From: Escherichia phage T4
DNA: 64,000 nucleotides
Sequence record: NC_000866.4
Direction: 5' to 3' (one strand)
The translations under genes were made by a program, and so were the position numbers. Shown here in pieces: positions 1 to 10,500 of this stretch; the stretch's first letter is position 1, and every line of letters starts with the position of its first letter. The notes beneath the pieces were generated by a model. It did no database searches, was not told where the DNA came from, and saw nothing but the letters and a program-made list of their open reading frames with translations.

Positions 1-41
1 CGAAAGTCGCATCTCGTTTCTAATTTTAAAGGTTAACACAA

Positions 42-1607
42 ATGACTATCAAAACTAAAGCTGAACTTTTGAACAAATGGAAGCCATTACTGGAAGGTGA
101 AGGTTTACCGGAAATTGCTAATAGCAAACAAGCGATTATCGCTAAAATCTTTGAAAACCAGGAAAAAGATTTCCAGACAGCTCCGGAATATAAAGACGAA
201 AAAATTGCTCAGGCATTCGGTTCTTTCTTAACAGAAGCTGAAATCGGTGGTGACCACGGTTACAATGCTACCAACATCGCTGCAGGTCAGACTTCTGGCG
301 CAGTAACTCAGATTGGCCCAGCTGTTATGGGTATGGTACGTCGTGCTATTCCTAACCTGATTGCTTTCGATATTTGTGGTGTTCAGCCGATGAACAGCCC
401 GACTGGCCAGGTATTCGCACTGCGCGCAGTATATGGTAAAGACCCAGTGGCTGCCGGTGCTAAAGAAGCATTCCACCCAATGTATGGTCCAGATGCAATG
501 TTCTCTGGTCAGGGTGCTGCTAAGAAATTCCCAGCTCTGGCTGCTAGCACACAAACCACAGTAGGTGATATCTATACTCACTTCTTCCAGGAAACTGGTA
601 CTGTATATCTGCAAGCTTCTGTTCAAGTAACAATCGATGCTGGTGCGACTGATGCTGCTAAATTAGATGCTGAAATTAAGAAACAAATGGAAGCTGGTGC
701 ACTGGTAGAAATCGCTGAAGGTATGGCTACTTCTATCGCTGAACTCCAGGAAGGTTTCAATGGTTCTACCGATAACCCATGGAATGAAATGGGCTTCCGT
801 ATCGATAAGCAAGTTATCGAAGCTAAATCTCGTCAGCTGAAAGCTGCTTACTCTATTGAATTAGCACAAGACCTCCGCGCTGTTCACGGTATGGATGCTG
901 ATGCTGAACTGTCTGGTATTCTGGCTACAGAAATTATGCTGGAAATCAACCGTGAAGTTGTTGATTGGATTAACTACTCAGCTCAGGTTGGTAAATCTGG
1001 TATGACCCTGACTCCGGGTTCTAAAGCTGGTGTATTTGACTTCCAGGACCCAATTGATATTCGTGGTGCTCGCTGGGCGGGTGAATCCTTTAAAGCTCTG
1101 TTGTTCCAGATTGACAAAGAAGCAGTTGAAATTGCTCGTCAGACCGGTCGTGGTGAAGGTAACTTCATTATCGCTTCCCGTAACGTAGTTAACGTTTTGG
1201 CTTCAGTTGATACCGGCATTTCTTATGCTGCACAGGGTCTGGCTACCGGCTTTAGCACTGATACTACCAAGTCAGTATTTGCTGGTGTTCTGGGTGGTAA
1301 ATACCGCGTATATATCGACCAGTATGCTAAACAGGATTATTTCACTGTAGGTTATAAAGGTCCGAACGAAATGGATGCTGGTATTTACTATGCTCCATAT
1401 GTAGCTCTGACTCCGCTGCGTGGTTCCGATCCGAAGAACTTCCAACCGGTAATGGGATTCAAAACTCGTTACGGTATCGGTATCAACCCATTTGCAGAAT
1501 CCGCTGCTCAGGCTCCGGCTTCTCGCATCCAGAGCGGTATGCCTTCTATTCTGAATAGCCTTGGTAAAAACGCTTACTTTAGACGTGTATATGTTAAAGG
1601 TATCTAA
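42..1607 (+). CDS. 23: Major capsid protein gp23 (precursor)
   Basis: 521-aa ORF, ATG at 42 verified; N-terminus MTIKTKAELLNKWKPLLEGEG and length match T4 gp23 as recalled. Confidence 0.96.
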   Translation: MTIKTKAELLNKWKPLLEGEGLPEIANSKQAIIAKIFENQEKDFQTAPEYKDEKIAQAFGSFLTEAEIGGDHGYNATNIAAGQTSGAVTQIGPAVMGMVRRAIPNLIAFDICGVQPMNSPTGQVFALRAVYGKDPVAAGAKEAFHPMYGPDAMFSGQGAAKKFPALAASTQTTVGDIYTHFFQETGTVYLQASVQVTIDAGATDAAKLDAEIKKQMEAGALVEIAEGMATSIAELQEGFNGSTDNPWNEMGFRIDKQVIEAKSRQLKAAYSIELAQDLRAVHGMDADAELSGILATEIMLEINREVVDWINYSAQVGKSGMTLTPGSKAGVFDFQDPIDIRGARWAGESFKALLFQIDKEAVEIARQTGRGEGNFIIASRNVVNVLASVDTGISYAAQGLATGFSTDTTKSVFAGVLGGKYRVYIDQYAKQDYFTVGYKGPNEMDAGIYYAPYVALTPLRGSDPKNFQPVMGFKTRYGIGINPFAESAAQAPASRIQSGMPSILNSLGKNAYFRRVYVKGI

Positions 1608-1633
1608 TCTCTAACGATAGAAACACAATTTTA

Positions 1634-1657
1634 GGGAACCTTCGGGTTCCCTTTTTT
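1634..1657 (+). terminator. Rho-independent terminator hairpin after gene 23
   Basis: GGGAACC-ttcg-GGTTCCC stem-loop followed by TTTTTT on plus strand. Confidence 0.7.
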
Positions 1658-2320
1658 CTATTTTATACGATAGCAATCAGGCATATCATCCGCATTTATC
1701 CAATTGCGAATAGTTTTAGGACTAACTTTAAAATGCTCCGCTGCGTAATCAGGATTATCAAATTTAACGCCCTTTATACATATTGGAATAAATTTTTTAA
1801 TACCACCAAGTTTTTCAGAAATAGCTTTACGATGTGAAATCGATATAGGTTTGTTTTTTCGTGGATGAACATGTGTTTTATAATATTCATTGCGCCCTTT
1901 AACTCGCTTCGCAATAGTTTCATCAGATTGCTTAACGCCTGTTTTTGCCTTTGATATTTTTCGTTTAGCTTCCACAGTCATTCCTTCTTTTGTTCGTATT
2001 GATAACATATTACGATATGAAGGATCTTGCAAATGAACTATAACTGGATTTCCTCTGCCACCAATAGCAGCATTATAGGTATCAGTTCTCATAACGAATT
2101 CCTCATTAACTAGTAAAGCTTCCATTTTATACATCTCCTCAGATGAGGAGAAAGAATAAAGAATTTCTTTTTTAAAGTTATGAATACCATATTTTTTGAT
2201 GGATTTTTTGATGTTTACGCCAGAACCCATATAACCATCGTTTTCGTCAAGAGTAGCATGAGCTCCGATGTAAATTTTTCCATTGATGATATTAGTAATT
2301 TGATATATTAAATATTTCAT
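1658..2320 (-). CDS. segD: GIY-YIG homing endonuclease (SegD-like)
   Basis: N-terminal GIY-YIG motif KYLIYQITNIINGKIYIGAH; sits between genes 23 and 24; track ORF begins at a GTG (2332), ATG at 2320 has GGAG upstream. Confidence 0.8.
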   Translation of the reverse strand: MKYLIYQITNIINGKIYIGAHATLDENDGYMGSGVNIKKSIKKYGIHNFKKEILYSFSSSEEMYKMEALLVNEEFVMRTDTYNAAIGGRGNPVIVHLQDPSYRNMLSIRTKEGMTVEAKRKISKAKTGVKQSDETIAKRVKGRNEYYKTHVHPRKNKPISISHRKAISEKLGGIKKFIPICIKGVKFDNPDYAAEHFKVSPKTIRNWINADDMPDCYRIK

Positions 2321-2384
2321 TTTAAACATCACTCCGTTTGTATATGATTATAATATCATATTACTTTGGTCTTGTAAATAACTT

Positions 2385-2392
2385 TATAAATA
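2385..2392 (+). promoter_or_regulatory. T4-type late promoter TATAAATA upstream of gene 24
   Basis: exact TATAAATA about 28 nt upstream of the gene 24 ATG. Confidence 0.6.
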
Positions 2393-2419
2393 GTATTATA
2401 TTTCAACAAGGAAAATACA

Positions 2420-3703
2420 ATGGCTAAAATCAACGAACTTCTGCGCGAATCAACCACAACGAATAGCAACTCAATCGGTCGCCCAAATCTCGTTGCTTTG
2501 ACTCGCGCTACCACTAAATTAATATATTCTGACATTGTAGCAACGCAAAGAACTAATCAACCTGTTGCTGCTTTTTATGGTATCAAATACCTTAACCCAG
2601 ACAACGAATTTACATTTAAAACTGGTGCTACTTACGCTGGCGAAGCTGGATATGTAGACCGAGAACAAATCACAGAATTAACAGAAGAGTCTAAATTAAC
2701 TCTCAATAAAGGCGATTTATTCAAATATAATAATATCGTTTATAAAGTATTAGAAGATACTCCATTTGCTACTATCGAAGAAAGTGATTTAGAATTAGCT
2801 CTTCAGATTGCAATCGTTCTTTTAAAGGTTCGTCTATTTTCTGACGCAGCGTCAACAAGCAAATTTGAAAGCTCTGATAGTGAAATTGCGGATGCTAGAT
2901 TCCAGATTAATAAATGGCAAACTGCAGTTAAATCTCGTAAACTTAAAACTGGCATCACAGTTGAATTAGCGCAAGATTTAGAAGCAAATGGATTCGATGC
3001 TCCTAATTTCTTGGAAGATTTGCTTGCAACTGAAATGGCAGATGAAATCAATAAAGACATTCTGCAGTCTTTGATTACAGTGTCAAAACGCTATAAAGTT
3101 ACAGGAATTACTGATAGTGGATTCATCGATTTGAGTTATGCATCTGCTCCTGAAGCTGGTCGTTCATTATACCGAATGGTATGTGAAATGGTTTCGCATA
3201 TCCAAAAAGAATCAACTTATACAGCAACGTTCTGTGTTGCTTCAGCTCGTGCCGCTGCGATTCTTGCTGCATCAGGCTGGTTAAAACATAAACCAGAAGA
3301 TGACAAATATCTTTCACAAAATGCCTACGGGTTCTTAGCTAATGGTTTACCGCTTTATTGCGATACTAACAGCCCATTAGATTATGTAATCGTTGGCGTA
3401 GTAGAAAATATCGGTGAAAAAGAAATTGTTGGATCAATTTTCTATGCTCCGTATACAGAAGGTCTCGACTTAGATGACCCTGAACATGTAGGTGCATTTA
3501 AAGTTGTTGTTGATCCAGAAAGCTTACAACCATCTATCGGTTTATTAGTTAGATATGCTTTATCAGCAAATCCTTATACTGTAGCAAAAGATGAAAAAGA
3601 AGCAAGAATAATTGACGGTGGAGACATGGATAAAATGGCAGGTCGTTCAGATTTGTCTGTTTTATTAGGTGTTAAGCTACCAAAAATTATCATTGATGAA
3701 TAA
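2420..3703 (+). CDS. 24: Capsid vertex protein gp24
   Basis: 427-aa ORF, ATG verified; paralogous to gp23 (shared ...VELAQDL... block); position after gene 23. Confidence 0.95.
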   Translation: MAKINELLRESTTTNSNSIGRPNLVALTRATTKLIYSDIVATQRTNQPVAAFYGIKYLNPDNEFTFKTGATYAGEAGYVDREQITELTEESKLTLNKGDLFKYNNIVYKVLEDTPFATIEESDLELALQIAIVLLKVRLFSDAASTSKFESSDSEIADARFQINKWQTAVKSRKLKTGITVELAQDLEANGFDAPNFLEDLLATEMADEINKDILQSLITVSKRYKVTGITDSGFIDLSYASAPEAGRSLYRMVCEMVSHIQKESTYTATFCVASARAAAILAASGWLKHKPEDDKYLSQNAYGFLANGLPLYCDTNSPLDYVIVGVVENIGEKEIVGSIFYAPYTEGLDLDDPEHVGAFKVVVDPESLQPSIGLLVRYALSANPYTVAKDEKEARIIDGGDMDKMAGRSDLSVLLGVKLPKIIIDE

Positions 3704-3708
3704 AACAA

Positions 3709-3730
3709 AGGGACCTTTCGGTCCCTTTTT
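3709..3730. terminator. Hairpin between convergent genes 24 and rnlB (likely bidirectional terminator)
   Basis: AGGGACC-tttc-GGTCCCT followed by T-run on plus and U-rich run on minus. Confidence 0.6.
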
Positions 3731-3732
3731 AT

Positions 3733-4737
3733 TTAACTTACCAACTCAATCCAAGCTGGACGAAGTACATCTTGTACCATTTTAACTAATTCCTTTTTAA
3801 TCAAAGAAGGATTATCTGCTTGAGTTAGAGTAATACCTTCACGAGAAGTTTCTTCCAAAATATCTTGAACAGTTAGCCCCATCACCTTTCCAAAATCCTT
3901 TGGACCAATTTCGCCAATTTTAGAAATAACGTTATTTACGCGGTTCAGTGTAACGTAACAAGCTAAAATTCCCACCAATTTGTTATCAGCTTCTGATAGC
4001 TCAACTTTAGCTTTAATAGGCTTATCAGACTTTTTCTTTTCACTAAATTTAGAGTTCTTGCATTTAATCGCTACACGATTTCCATTACGAAGCCAAGAAG
4101 GATAACAAGGTTTCAATACATATCCTTCAGCAGTAAATACTTCGCCTTTTGCTTCGGCATTCCAAACGCATTTATTTGCATCAACTAATCCAGCATGGTC
4201 TACTGTAAAATTATAATCTTGGACGACAGAATCTAAATCATTTGGCAATTTAATAAGCTCTTCAAATTTACCGCGACCTAAAAGTGGAGCCATTTTAAAT
4301 TTAAATGTATTACAGAATGATTCCATCATATAATCATCTACATAAGTCACATCACCGCTTTCTGTAGTAACAATAATGTCAAATACATAAAAATCTTTAT
4401 CACAATAATCAACATTCTTCTGAATGCCAGGTCCAGCGAATTCGCCAAAGACTTGATAAGATACAACCGCTGAGGTTTCCATAATATCTTGTACAGCTTT
4501 AATGGAATCAGCATAATTCTTCAAAATAATTTCATACCCAAAGAAATCTTCAGCAGGAAGAATCGGTCCAGTGCGTTTAGCGCAAGTCACTTTATCACGC
4601 TCAATAATCAATGAGAAATTTGTGCCGTGAATCTTTTCACGAGCTACCCACTCCCCACCAGTCAATCCCAAGCTATAAAGTTTTTCAATAAATTTAGAGT
4701 TGTAATGATTTTCAAGACTGCTATACTTTTTAAACAT
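3733..4737 (-). CDS. rnlB: RNA ligase 2 (Rnl2)
   Basis: 334-aa ORF; nucleotidyltransferase lysine motif EKIHGTN; matches T4 Rnl2 in size and position. Confidence 0.92.
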
Positions 4738-4746
4738 AATTAATCC

Positions 4747-5025
4747 TCAAAATGTAATTTCTAACCAATCACCATCACGCTGATCACTATTGACTTTAAA
4801 GCTGAATCCTTCTTTTCTCAGCCAATCACCAATTTCTTCTGTAATCAATTTATCACGAGCAATACAATAATAATTAAAATGTGTTTTACCTTGTTCAGCT
4901 GCTTTATTAGCAAGTTCTGAAAAATCTTTAATAAAACACTCTAGCTTAAACTGTTTACTTTTTAATGCTTTTTCGCGTAATTGATTAGCAAAAGATTCAT
5001 TTTCATAAAGATCATACTGTTCCAT
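4747..5025 (-). CDS. hypothetical protein (T4 24.2 position)
   Basis: 92-aa ORF tightly packed downstream of rnlB. Confidence 0.6.
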   Translation of the reverse strand: MEQYDLYENESFANQLREKALKSKQFKLECFIKDFSELANKAAEQGKTHFNYYCIARDKLITEEIGDWLRKEGFSFKVNSDQRDGDWLEITF

Positions 5026-5194
5026 TTTTCACCTTTTTATTGATATGTCTTTTTCTATAGACAACTTTTTCTCGAGCCCATAATACAGCCACTTCTTTTG
5101 CCTGTAAGTTTAATTCACGAGCAATTTCAATGAATGACTTTCCAGACTCATGAAGAGTAAACACCACAACCTCAGTTCTCATAATCAATCTCAT
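5012..5194 (-). CDS. hypothetical protein (T4 24.3 position)
   Basis: 60-aa ORF overlapping the next gene by 14 nt. Confidence 0.5.
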   Translation of the reverse strand: MRLIMRTEVVVFTLHESGKSFIEIARELNLQAKEVAVLWAREKVVYRKRHINKKVKNGTV

Positions 5195-5261
5195 GTTATC
5201 GAGTTGGTGCCATTATATACATCATTTTCTGATTGTGTTTTGTGTGCTTTCAAAATGAAGA

Positions 5262-5277
5262 AAGGGGCCGAAGCCCC
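5262..5277 (-). terminator. Hairpin after hoc
   Basis: GGGGC-cgaa-GCCCC; on minus strand followed by U-rich tract. Confidence 0.5.
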
Positions 5278-5283
5278 TTATGA

Positions 5284-6414
5284 TTATGGATAGGTATAGA
5301 TGATACCAGTTTCTAAAGCAGTTTTATGAATGATGTATCCATTACGCGATTCTTGGACATCAACTTCTGGATAGTCTTTCATCATCTTCTGGAGAGTGTA
5401 ACGATGCAGGTAATATTTACTATCTGGGTCGTCAGTTTTCCAATCTTTACCTTCTTCGGTCATTTTTTGGATTTCATCCATAACCCACCAACCGCACCAG
5501 ATGTAAGCTGAGCTACGGTGTGGAAGAGGATGAACATAAGGTAATTCACCTTCTGGTTCTGGAGCAACTTTAGCCGTGACTGTTACATTACCAGTTTTGG
5601 TAACGGTTACAGGGTTATAATCTGCAGCAGTAACAGTTGCAGTAACTTCAATAGTTTGACTTCCAACAGATGAGGTATCGACAGTATATACGTTAGTTGA
5701 CCCTTCTACAGGAGAAGAATCTTTCTTCCATGAGTAAGTAATTTGTGCTTCTTCTGGAGCACCCGTAACATTAGCCGTAAATGTAGCCGAAGCATCTTGC
5801 TGAACATTAATAGAAGGAGGAGTCAATGTAACCTGTGGATTCATTGTCTTCTTATTAACCGTTAATGATACTTCATTAGAAGTAACGCTTAGTGCATCAT
5901 AATCTGTCGCGGTTACTTGGGCTACGCATTTAATTCTTTTTACTCCACTTGTAGTTGGAGTATAGCTAAATGTAGAGTTAGTTTCTCCACCAACTTGTGA
6001 ATCATCTACATACCACTGATACGTAGCAGATGCTCCATCAGGTTGAGAAGCTAAGGCAGCAGTAAATTGAACTGGGGTTCCAATCACTCCAGCCGCAGGA
6101 CTAGCAGGAGTTACGGCTAAGGTAGTCGTCTGTGTCTTATTTTTAACTGTGATAGTTGTTGTCGCTTCAGCCGTTTCCGGGCCTCCTTCAGAAAGTGTAT
6201 TTGTTGCAACTACTTTAATAGTCTTTTGACCGGCAGGTCCTTTTAGTACATAACTAAAAGTTGCTTCAGCTCCATCTTGTGGAACATTATCTACGCTCCA
6301 AGCATATGTAATAGTTCCGCCTCCAGTTTGACCACTGGGTGTAGCAGTAAACTGCTTAGTTTCATCAATAACCCCTGTAGGTGTTTTAGGAGTTATATCA
6401 ACTGTAAAAGTCAT
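5284..6414 (-). CDS. hoc: Highly immunogenic outer capsid protein Hoc
   Basis: 376-aa ORF, ATG verified; repeated Ig-like Thr/Val-rich modules; size and position match T4 Hoc. Confidence 0.92.
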   Translation of the reverse strand: MTFTVDITPKTPTGVIDETKQFTATPSGQTGGGTITYAWSVDNVPQDGAEATFSYVLKGPAGQKTIKVVATNTLSEGGPETAEATTTITVKNKTQTTTLAVTPASPAAGVIGTPVQFTAALASQPDGASATYQWYVDDSQVGGETNSTFSYTPTTSGVKRIKCVAQVTATDYDALSVTSNEVSLTVNKKTMNPQVTLTPPSINVQQDASATFTANVTGAPEEAQITYSWKKDSSPVEGSTNVYTVDTSSVGSQTIEVTATVTAADYNPVTVTKTGNVTVTAKVAPEPEGELPYVHPLPHRSSAYIWCGWWVMDEIQKMTEEGKDWKTDDPDSKYYLHRYTLQKMMKDYPEVDVQESRNGYIIHKTALETGIIYTYP

Positions 6415-6423
6415 AAGTTATCC

Positions 6424-7104
6424 TTATTTTAATGTTACGAAAGAAGAGTTGCGTGTTTCACGAATTAAAACTGATCCATCGCGATTAATGTAATAAATTA
6501 AGCTAAATAAAGTTTGGTGTGCTGACGCATGTTCAAAACTAGTTGGGTGAGATTTCCAATCAGGAGTTTCAGCAATCCATTGATAAATCCACCAAGGAAC
6601 AGTACAGAATCCTAGATTTTTTCCAATCAGTTGAAGATTCGGACTAAAGTTTTCCGGAAGAGTAAATACAGACGGCTTTTCAGATTCAATAATCTCAGCT
6701 ACAGCCTGTTCGAATTTTTCTTCAACAAAAGGAGTATCTTCAATCAAAACATCGGTATTTTCAGGAATTTTATCCGTTTCTACTACTTCAATTTTAATGT
6801 CAGATTTAATCGGAGAATCAATCAGAAGTGCTGCTTCTGGATTGACTTCTTCATCGTCATATTTTAATCCCTCTGCGGCATCAGCAGCATCAATTAAGTC
6901 TTTAATAGATAACCCATCAGTCTCTGGCATAGGTTCACTAGCGAGCTTCTGGAGGGCTTCTTCAATATCAACAACGATATTATCAAAAGATTTATTCTTT
7001 TTGACCTTTATACCAAACTGTTCAGCATATTCAGCTAATTTAGCTTTAGCTTCTTTGTTATCATCAAGAGCCTTCAGCTCTGCAATATAATCTTTATCTA
7101 TCAT
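6424..7104 (-). CDS. inh: Inh, inhibitor of prohead protease
   Basis: 226-aa acidic ORF at the T4 inh position; ATG verified. Confidence 0.8.
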   Translation of the reverse strand: MIDKDYIAELKALDDNKEAKAKLAEYAEQFGIKVKKNKSFDNIVVDIEEALQKLASEPMPETDGLSIKDLIDAADAAEGLKYDDEEVNPEAALLIDSPIKSDIKIEVVETDKIPENTDVLIEDTPFVEEKFEQAVAEIIESEKPSVFTLPENFSPNLQLIGKNLGFCTVPWWIYQWIAETPDWKSHPTSFEHASAHQTLFSLIYYINRDGSVLIRETRNSSFVTLK

Positions 7105-7153
7105 AATATTTCCTCAGTATAAATATAGATATATTTATTACTCGGAAAATAGT

Positions 7154-7771
7154 ATGTACCACTTTGTATATGAAACAACAAATCTAATAAATGGTAAAAA
7201 GTATATAGGAAAGCACTCTACTGATGACTTGAATGATGGTTACCTTGGTTCCGGTAAGGCAATTCAGCAGGCTATAAAGAAATATGGTGAAAACAATTTC
7301 TCTAGAACAATACTAAAAGAGTTTAAAACTTCCGAAGAAGCGTACATGTATGAAGAAGAAATTATAACTCCTGAACTAATAAAAAGCAAAAATTATTATA
7401 ATATGAAACCTGGTGGAATTGGTGGAATTGTTATGACTACAGATGTTATAGCAAAGATGAAAGAATCTTCCGCTAAAAGATTTGAAAACTCACCGGGCAC
7501 GGTATTAGGTAAAACTTGTTATACTAATGGAACTAAAAATATTTTTATTAAACCTGGAGAACTTGTTCCAGAAGGATTTGTAAAAGGGATGGTTCATCCT
7601 AATAGAAAGTCCAGAAAAGGATGTAAAGTCAAACCGACTACCACAGGAACTTTTTGGGTCAATAATGGCGCAATAAATAAATTAATACAACCAGACGGTA
7701 TTATTCCCGACGGATTTATTAAAGGTCGTCTCATGAAAAGAGATTCTAAAGGCAAATTTAGTAAGGCATAA
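7154..7771 (+). CDS. segE: GIY-YIG homing endonuclease SegE
   Basis: N-terminal GIY-YIG motif HFVYETTNLINGKKYIGKH; 205 aa; immediately upstream of uvsW. Confidence 0.85.
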   Translation: MYHFVYETTNLINGKKYIGKHSTDDLNDGYLGSGKAIQQAIKKYGENNFSRTILKEFKTSEEAYMYEEEIITPELIKSKNYYNMKPGGIGGIVMTTDVIAKMKESSAKRFENSPGTVLGKTCYTNGTKNIFIKPGELVPEGFVKGMVHPNRKSRKGCKVKPTTTGTFWVNNGAINKLIQPDGIIPDGFIKGRLMKRDSKGKFSKA

Positions 7772-7773
7772 TT

Positions 7774-9537
7774 ATGGATATTAAAGTACATTTTCACGAC
7801 TTCAGTCATGTACGCATCGATTGTGAAGAGAGCACGTTCCACGAATTAAGAGATTTCTTTTCGTTTGAGGCCGATGGATATAGATTTAATCCTCGCTTCA
7901 GATATGGCAACTGGGATGGACGAATCCGTCTTTTAGATTATAATCGTCTTCTTCCATTCGGCTTAGTCGGGCAAATTAAAAAATTCTGTGATAATTTTGG
8001 CTATAAAGCCTGGATTGACCCACAAATTAACGAAAAAGAAGAATTATCAAGAAAAGATTTTGATGAATGGCTTTCTAAATTAGAAATCTATTCAGGAAAT
8101 AAAAGAATTGAACCGCACTGGTATCAAAAAGATGCAGTGTTCGAAGGATTAGTTAATCGTCGTAGAATTCTTAATCTTCCAACATCTGCAGGTAAATCTT
8201 TAATTCAAGCTTTGCTTGCGCGATATTATTTGGAAAATTATGAAGGTAAAATTCTTATCATTGTTCCAACAACTGCTCTGACAACTCAGATGGCTGATGA
8301 CTTCGTCGACTATCGTTTATTCAGCCATGCAATGATAAAGAAAATTGGTGGCGGAGCATCAAAAGATGATAAATATAAAAATGATGCACCAGTCGTTGTT
8401 GGTACATGGCAAACTGTAGTAAAACAACCGAAAGAATGGTTCTCACAGTTTGGAATGATGATGAATGATGAATGCCATCTTGCTACAGGAAAAAGTATTT
8501 CATCTATCATATCAGGTTTAAATAACTGCATGTTCAAATTCGGTTTGTCTGGTTCATTACGTGATGGCAAAGCCAATATCATGCAGTATGTTGGAATGTT
8601 TGGTGAAATATTTAAACCAGTAACGACTTCTAAATTAATGGAAGATGGACAAGTAACTGAGCTAAAAATTAATAGTATTTTTCTTCGCTATCCCGATGAG
8701 TTCACTACTAAATTAAAGGGAAAAACTTACCAAGAAGAAATAAAAATTATTACTGGGCTTAGTAAAAGAAATAAATGGATCGCTAAATTAGCTATTAAGC
8801 TTGCGCAAAAAGATGAAAACGCTTTTGTCATGTTTAAACATGTATCGCATGGTAAAGCTATTTTCGATTTAATTAAAAATGAATACGATAAAGTTTATTA
8901 CGTATCAGGGGAAGTTGATACCGAAACCCGCAATATAATGAAAACCTTAGCTGAAAATGGTAAAGGAATAATTATAGTAGCTAGTTATGGTGTATTTTCT
9001 ACTGGTATTTCAGTTAAAAATCTGCATCACGTTGTTTTAGCGCACGGTGTTAAATCAAAAATCATTGTATTACAAACAATCGGTCGTGTATTACGTAAGC
9101 ATGGTTCTAAGACAATAGCAACAGTCTGGGACCTCATAGATAGCGCAGGCGTCAAGCCAAAATCTGCTAATACGAAAAAGAAATATGTTCATTTGAACTA
9201 TCTTTTAAAACACGGCATTGATCGTATTCAGCGCTACGCAGATGAAAAATTTAATTACGTAATGAAAACAGTTAATTTAATAAGCTTCGGCCCTTTGGAG
9301 AAAAAGATGTTACTAGAATTTAAACAATTTCTTTATGAAGCTTCTATTGATGAATTTATGGGTAAAATTGCCTCTTGTCAAACATTAGAAGGTTTAGAAG
9401 AACTTGAAGCTTATTATAAGAAAAGAGTCAAAGAAACTGAATTAAAAGATACTGATGACATCTCTGTGAGAGATGCTTTGGCAGGAAAAAGAGCTGAATT
9501 AGAAGATTCAGACGATGAAGTAGAAGAAAGCTTTTAA
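7774..9537 (+). CDS. uvsW: UvsW DNA/RNA helicase (SF2)
   Basis: 587-aa ORF, ATG verified; Walker A LPTSAGKS and DECH box (MMMNDECH). Confidence 0.93.
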   Translation: MDIKVHFHDFSHVRIDCEESTFHELRDFFSFEADGYRFNPRFRYGNWDGRIRLLDYNRLLPFGLVGQIKKFCDNFGYKAWIDPQINEKEELSRKDFDEWLSKLEIYSGNKRIEPHWYQKDAVFEGLVNRRRILNLPTSAGKSLIQALLARYYLENYEGKILIIVPTTALTTQMADDFVDYRLFSHAMIKKIGGGASKDDKYKNDAPVVVGTWQTVVKQPKEWFSQFGMMMNDECHLATGKSISSIISGLNNCMFKFGLSGSLRDGKANIMQYVGMFGEIFKPVTTSKLMEDGQVTELKINSIFLRYPDEFTTKLKGKTYQEEIKIITGLSKRNKWIAKLAIKLAQKDENAFVMFKHVSHGKAIFDLIKNEYDKVYYVSGEVDTETRNIMKTLAENGKGIIIVASYGVFSTGISVKNLHHVVLAHGVKSKIIVLQTIGRVLRKHGSKTIATVWDLIDSAGVKPKSANTKKKYVHLNYLLKHGIDRIQRYADEKFNYVMKTVNLISFGPLEKKMLLEFKQFLYEASIDEFMGKIASCQTLEGLEELEAYYKKRVKETELKDTDDISVRDALAGKRAELEDSDDEVEESF

Positions 9538-9592
9538 ATTAAAAAAGGCCCAACCAAAAAGGAAGGGCCAAAACTATAGACTAAAGGTCACA

Positions 9593-9760
9593 CTATAGCA
9601 AAAGTTGTGTTTCATTTAATTGTTCTTCCGAACTTTCTGAAACTGGTAGTTCTTTAATGTAATTATAGCAAGGCCCAGGATGTACAGGACCTTTGTCTGT
9701 TTCAACAACCAATGCAGAATCGATTGGAGTTTTACAGACAACACAAATCTTATCTGACAT
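9593..9760 (-). CDS. small hypothetical protein (T4 uvsY.-2 position)
   Basis: about 55-codon ORF read by hand, MSDKICVVCKTP..., not in the supplied track. Confidence 0.45.
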   Translation of the reverse strand: MSDKICVVCKTPIDSALVVETDKGPVHPGPCYNYIKELPVSESSEEQLNETQLLL

Positions 9761-9786
9761 GATTGTCTCCTCTGAATTATATCTAT

Positions 9787-10011
9787 TTATACAACTCTCA
9801 TATGCATATCAATGCCCATATCTTTAGAATAAAAATATTCATCAAGATATCCGGCAAATTTTCCTTTAATATAAAGGACATCTTCACCACACGGGTGGTC
9901 GGCCAGGATACGAATATCCTGACGCTTAAGATTATGCTTTTTCATTAAGAATTGAATTTCCGTTTCAAATTCTTCTTCATAATTAAAAGCATCATCAATG
10001 CTATATCTCAT
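9787..10011 (-). CDS. hypothetical protein (T4 uvsY.-1 position)
   Basis: 74-aa ORF directly downstream of uvsY. Confidence 0.6.
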   Translation of the reverse strand: MRYSIDDAFNYEEEFETEIQFLMKKHNLKRQDIRILADHPCGEDVLYIKGKFAGYLDEYFYSKDMGIDMHMRVV

Positions 10012-10424
10012 TATTTTCCAGCCTCAAATGCTCGCATGTCTTGAATATGCTTAATAGCAAATCCACGTGATTTAATAGCATCAAGAGCTCCGCTACAGAA
10101 ATCTAATAAAATCCCCCAATACTGCAACGAGGTATCAACCTTTAAAACATCCTTATCCGCTGATAGAACTGTCTTCATTTCTGATTTCTCGTAACGATCC
10201 ATACTAAATTCATCACCATCTCCTCGTCCCGAGTAGTAGTCTAATCTAGCTTTAAGAGCAACTTTTTTCTGTGCTTCAATTCTAAGCATTTCCTTTTTAA
10301 TACTTGAATGCTTATTAAGCCATTTACTATATAACATCACATTATTAGCTGCTTCATACTGTAATTTAGTCGAATCTATAAACACATCTTTCTTCAATTC
10401 TTCTTGAAGATCTTCTAATCTCAT
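10011..10424 (-). CDS. uvsY: UvsY recombination mediator
   Basis: 137-aa ORF recognised as T4 UvsY. Confidence 0.93.
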   Translation of the reverse strand: MRLEDLQEELKKDVFIDSTKLQYEAANNVMLYSKWLNKHSSIKKEMLRIEAQKKVALKARLDYYSGRGDGDEFSMDRYEKSEMKTVLSADKDVLKVDTSLQYWGILLDFCSGALDAIKSRGFAIKHIQDMRAFEAGK

Positions 10425-10473
10425 ATTGTTCTCTATTCAATTGTTATTGGTTGTTATTGGATGGACTTAGATT

Positions 10474-10500
10474 CATTATACCACGTTTTAACGTGAAGCA
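10474..10500 (-). promoter_or_regulatory. MotA-dependent middle promoter upstream of uvsY
   Basis: minus strand reads TGCTTCA (MotA box), 12 nt, TATAAT. Confidence 0.6.

Noticed and set aside
228-626. 132-aa minus-strand ORF
   Set aside because: Antisense inside the major capsid gene 23; spurious.
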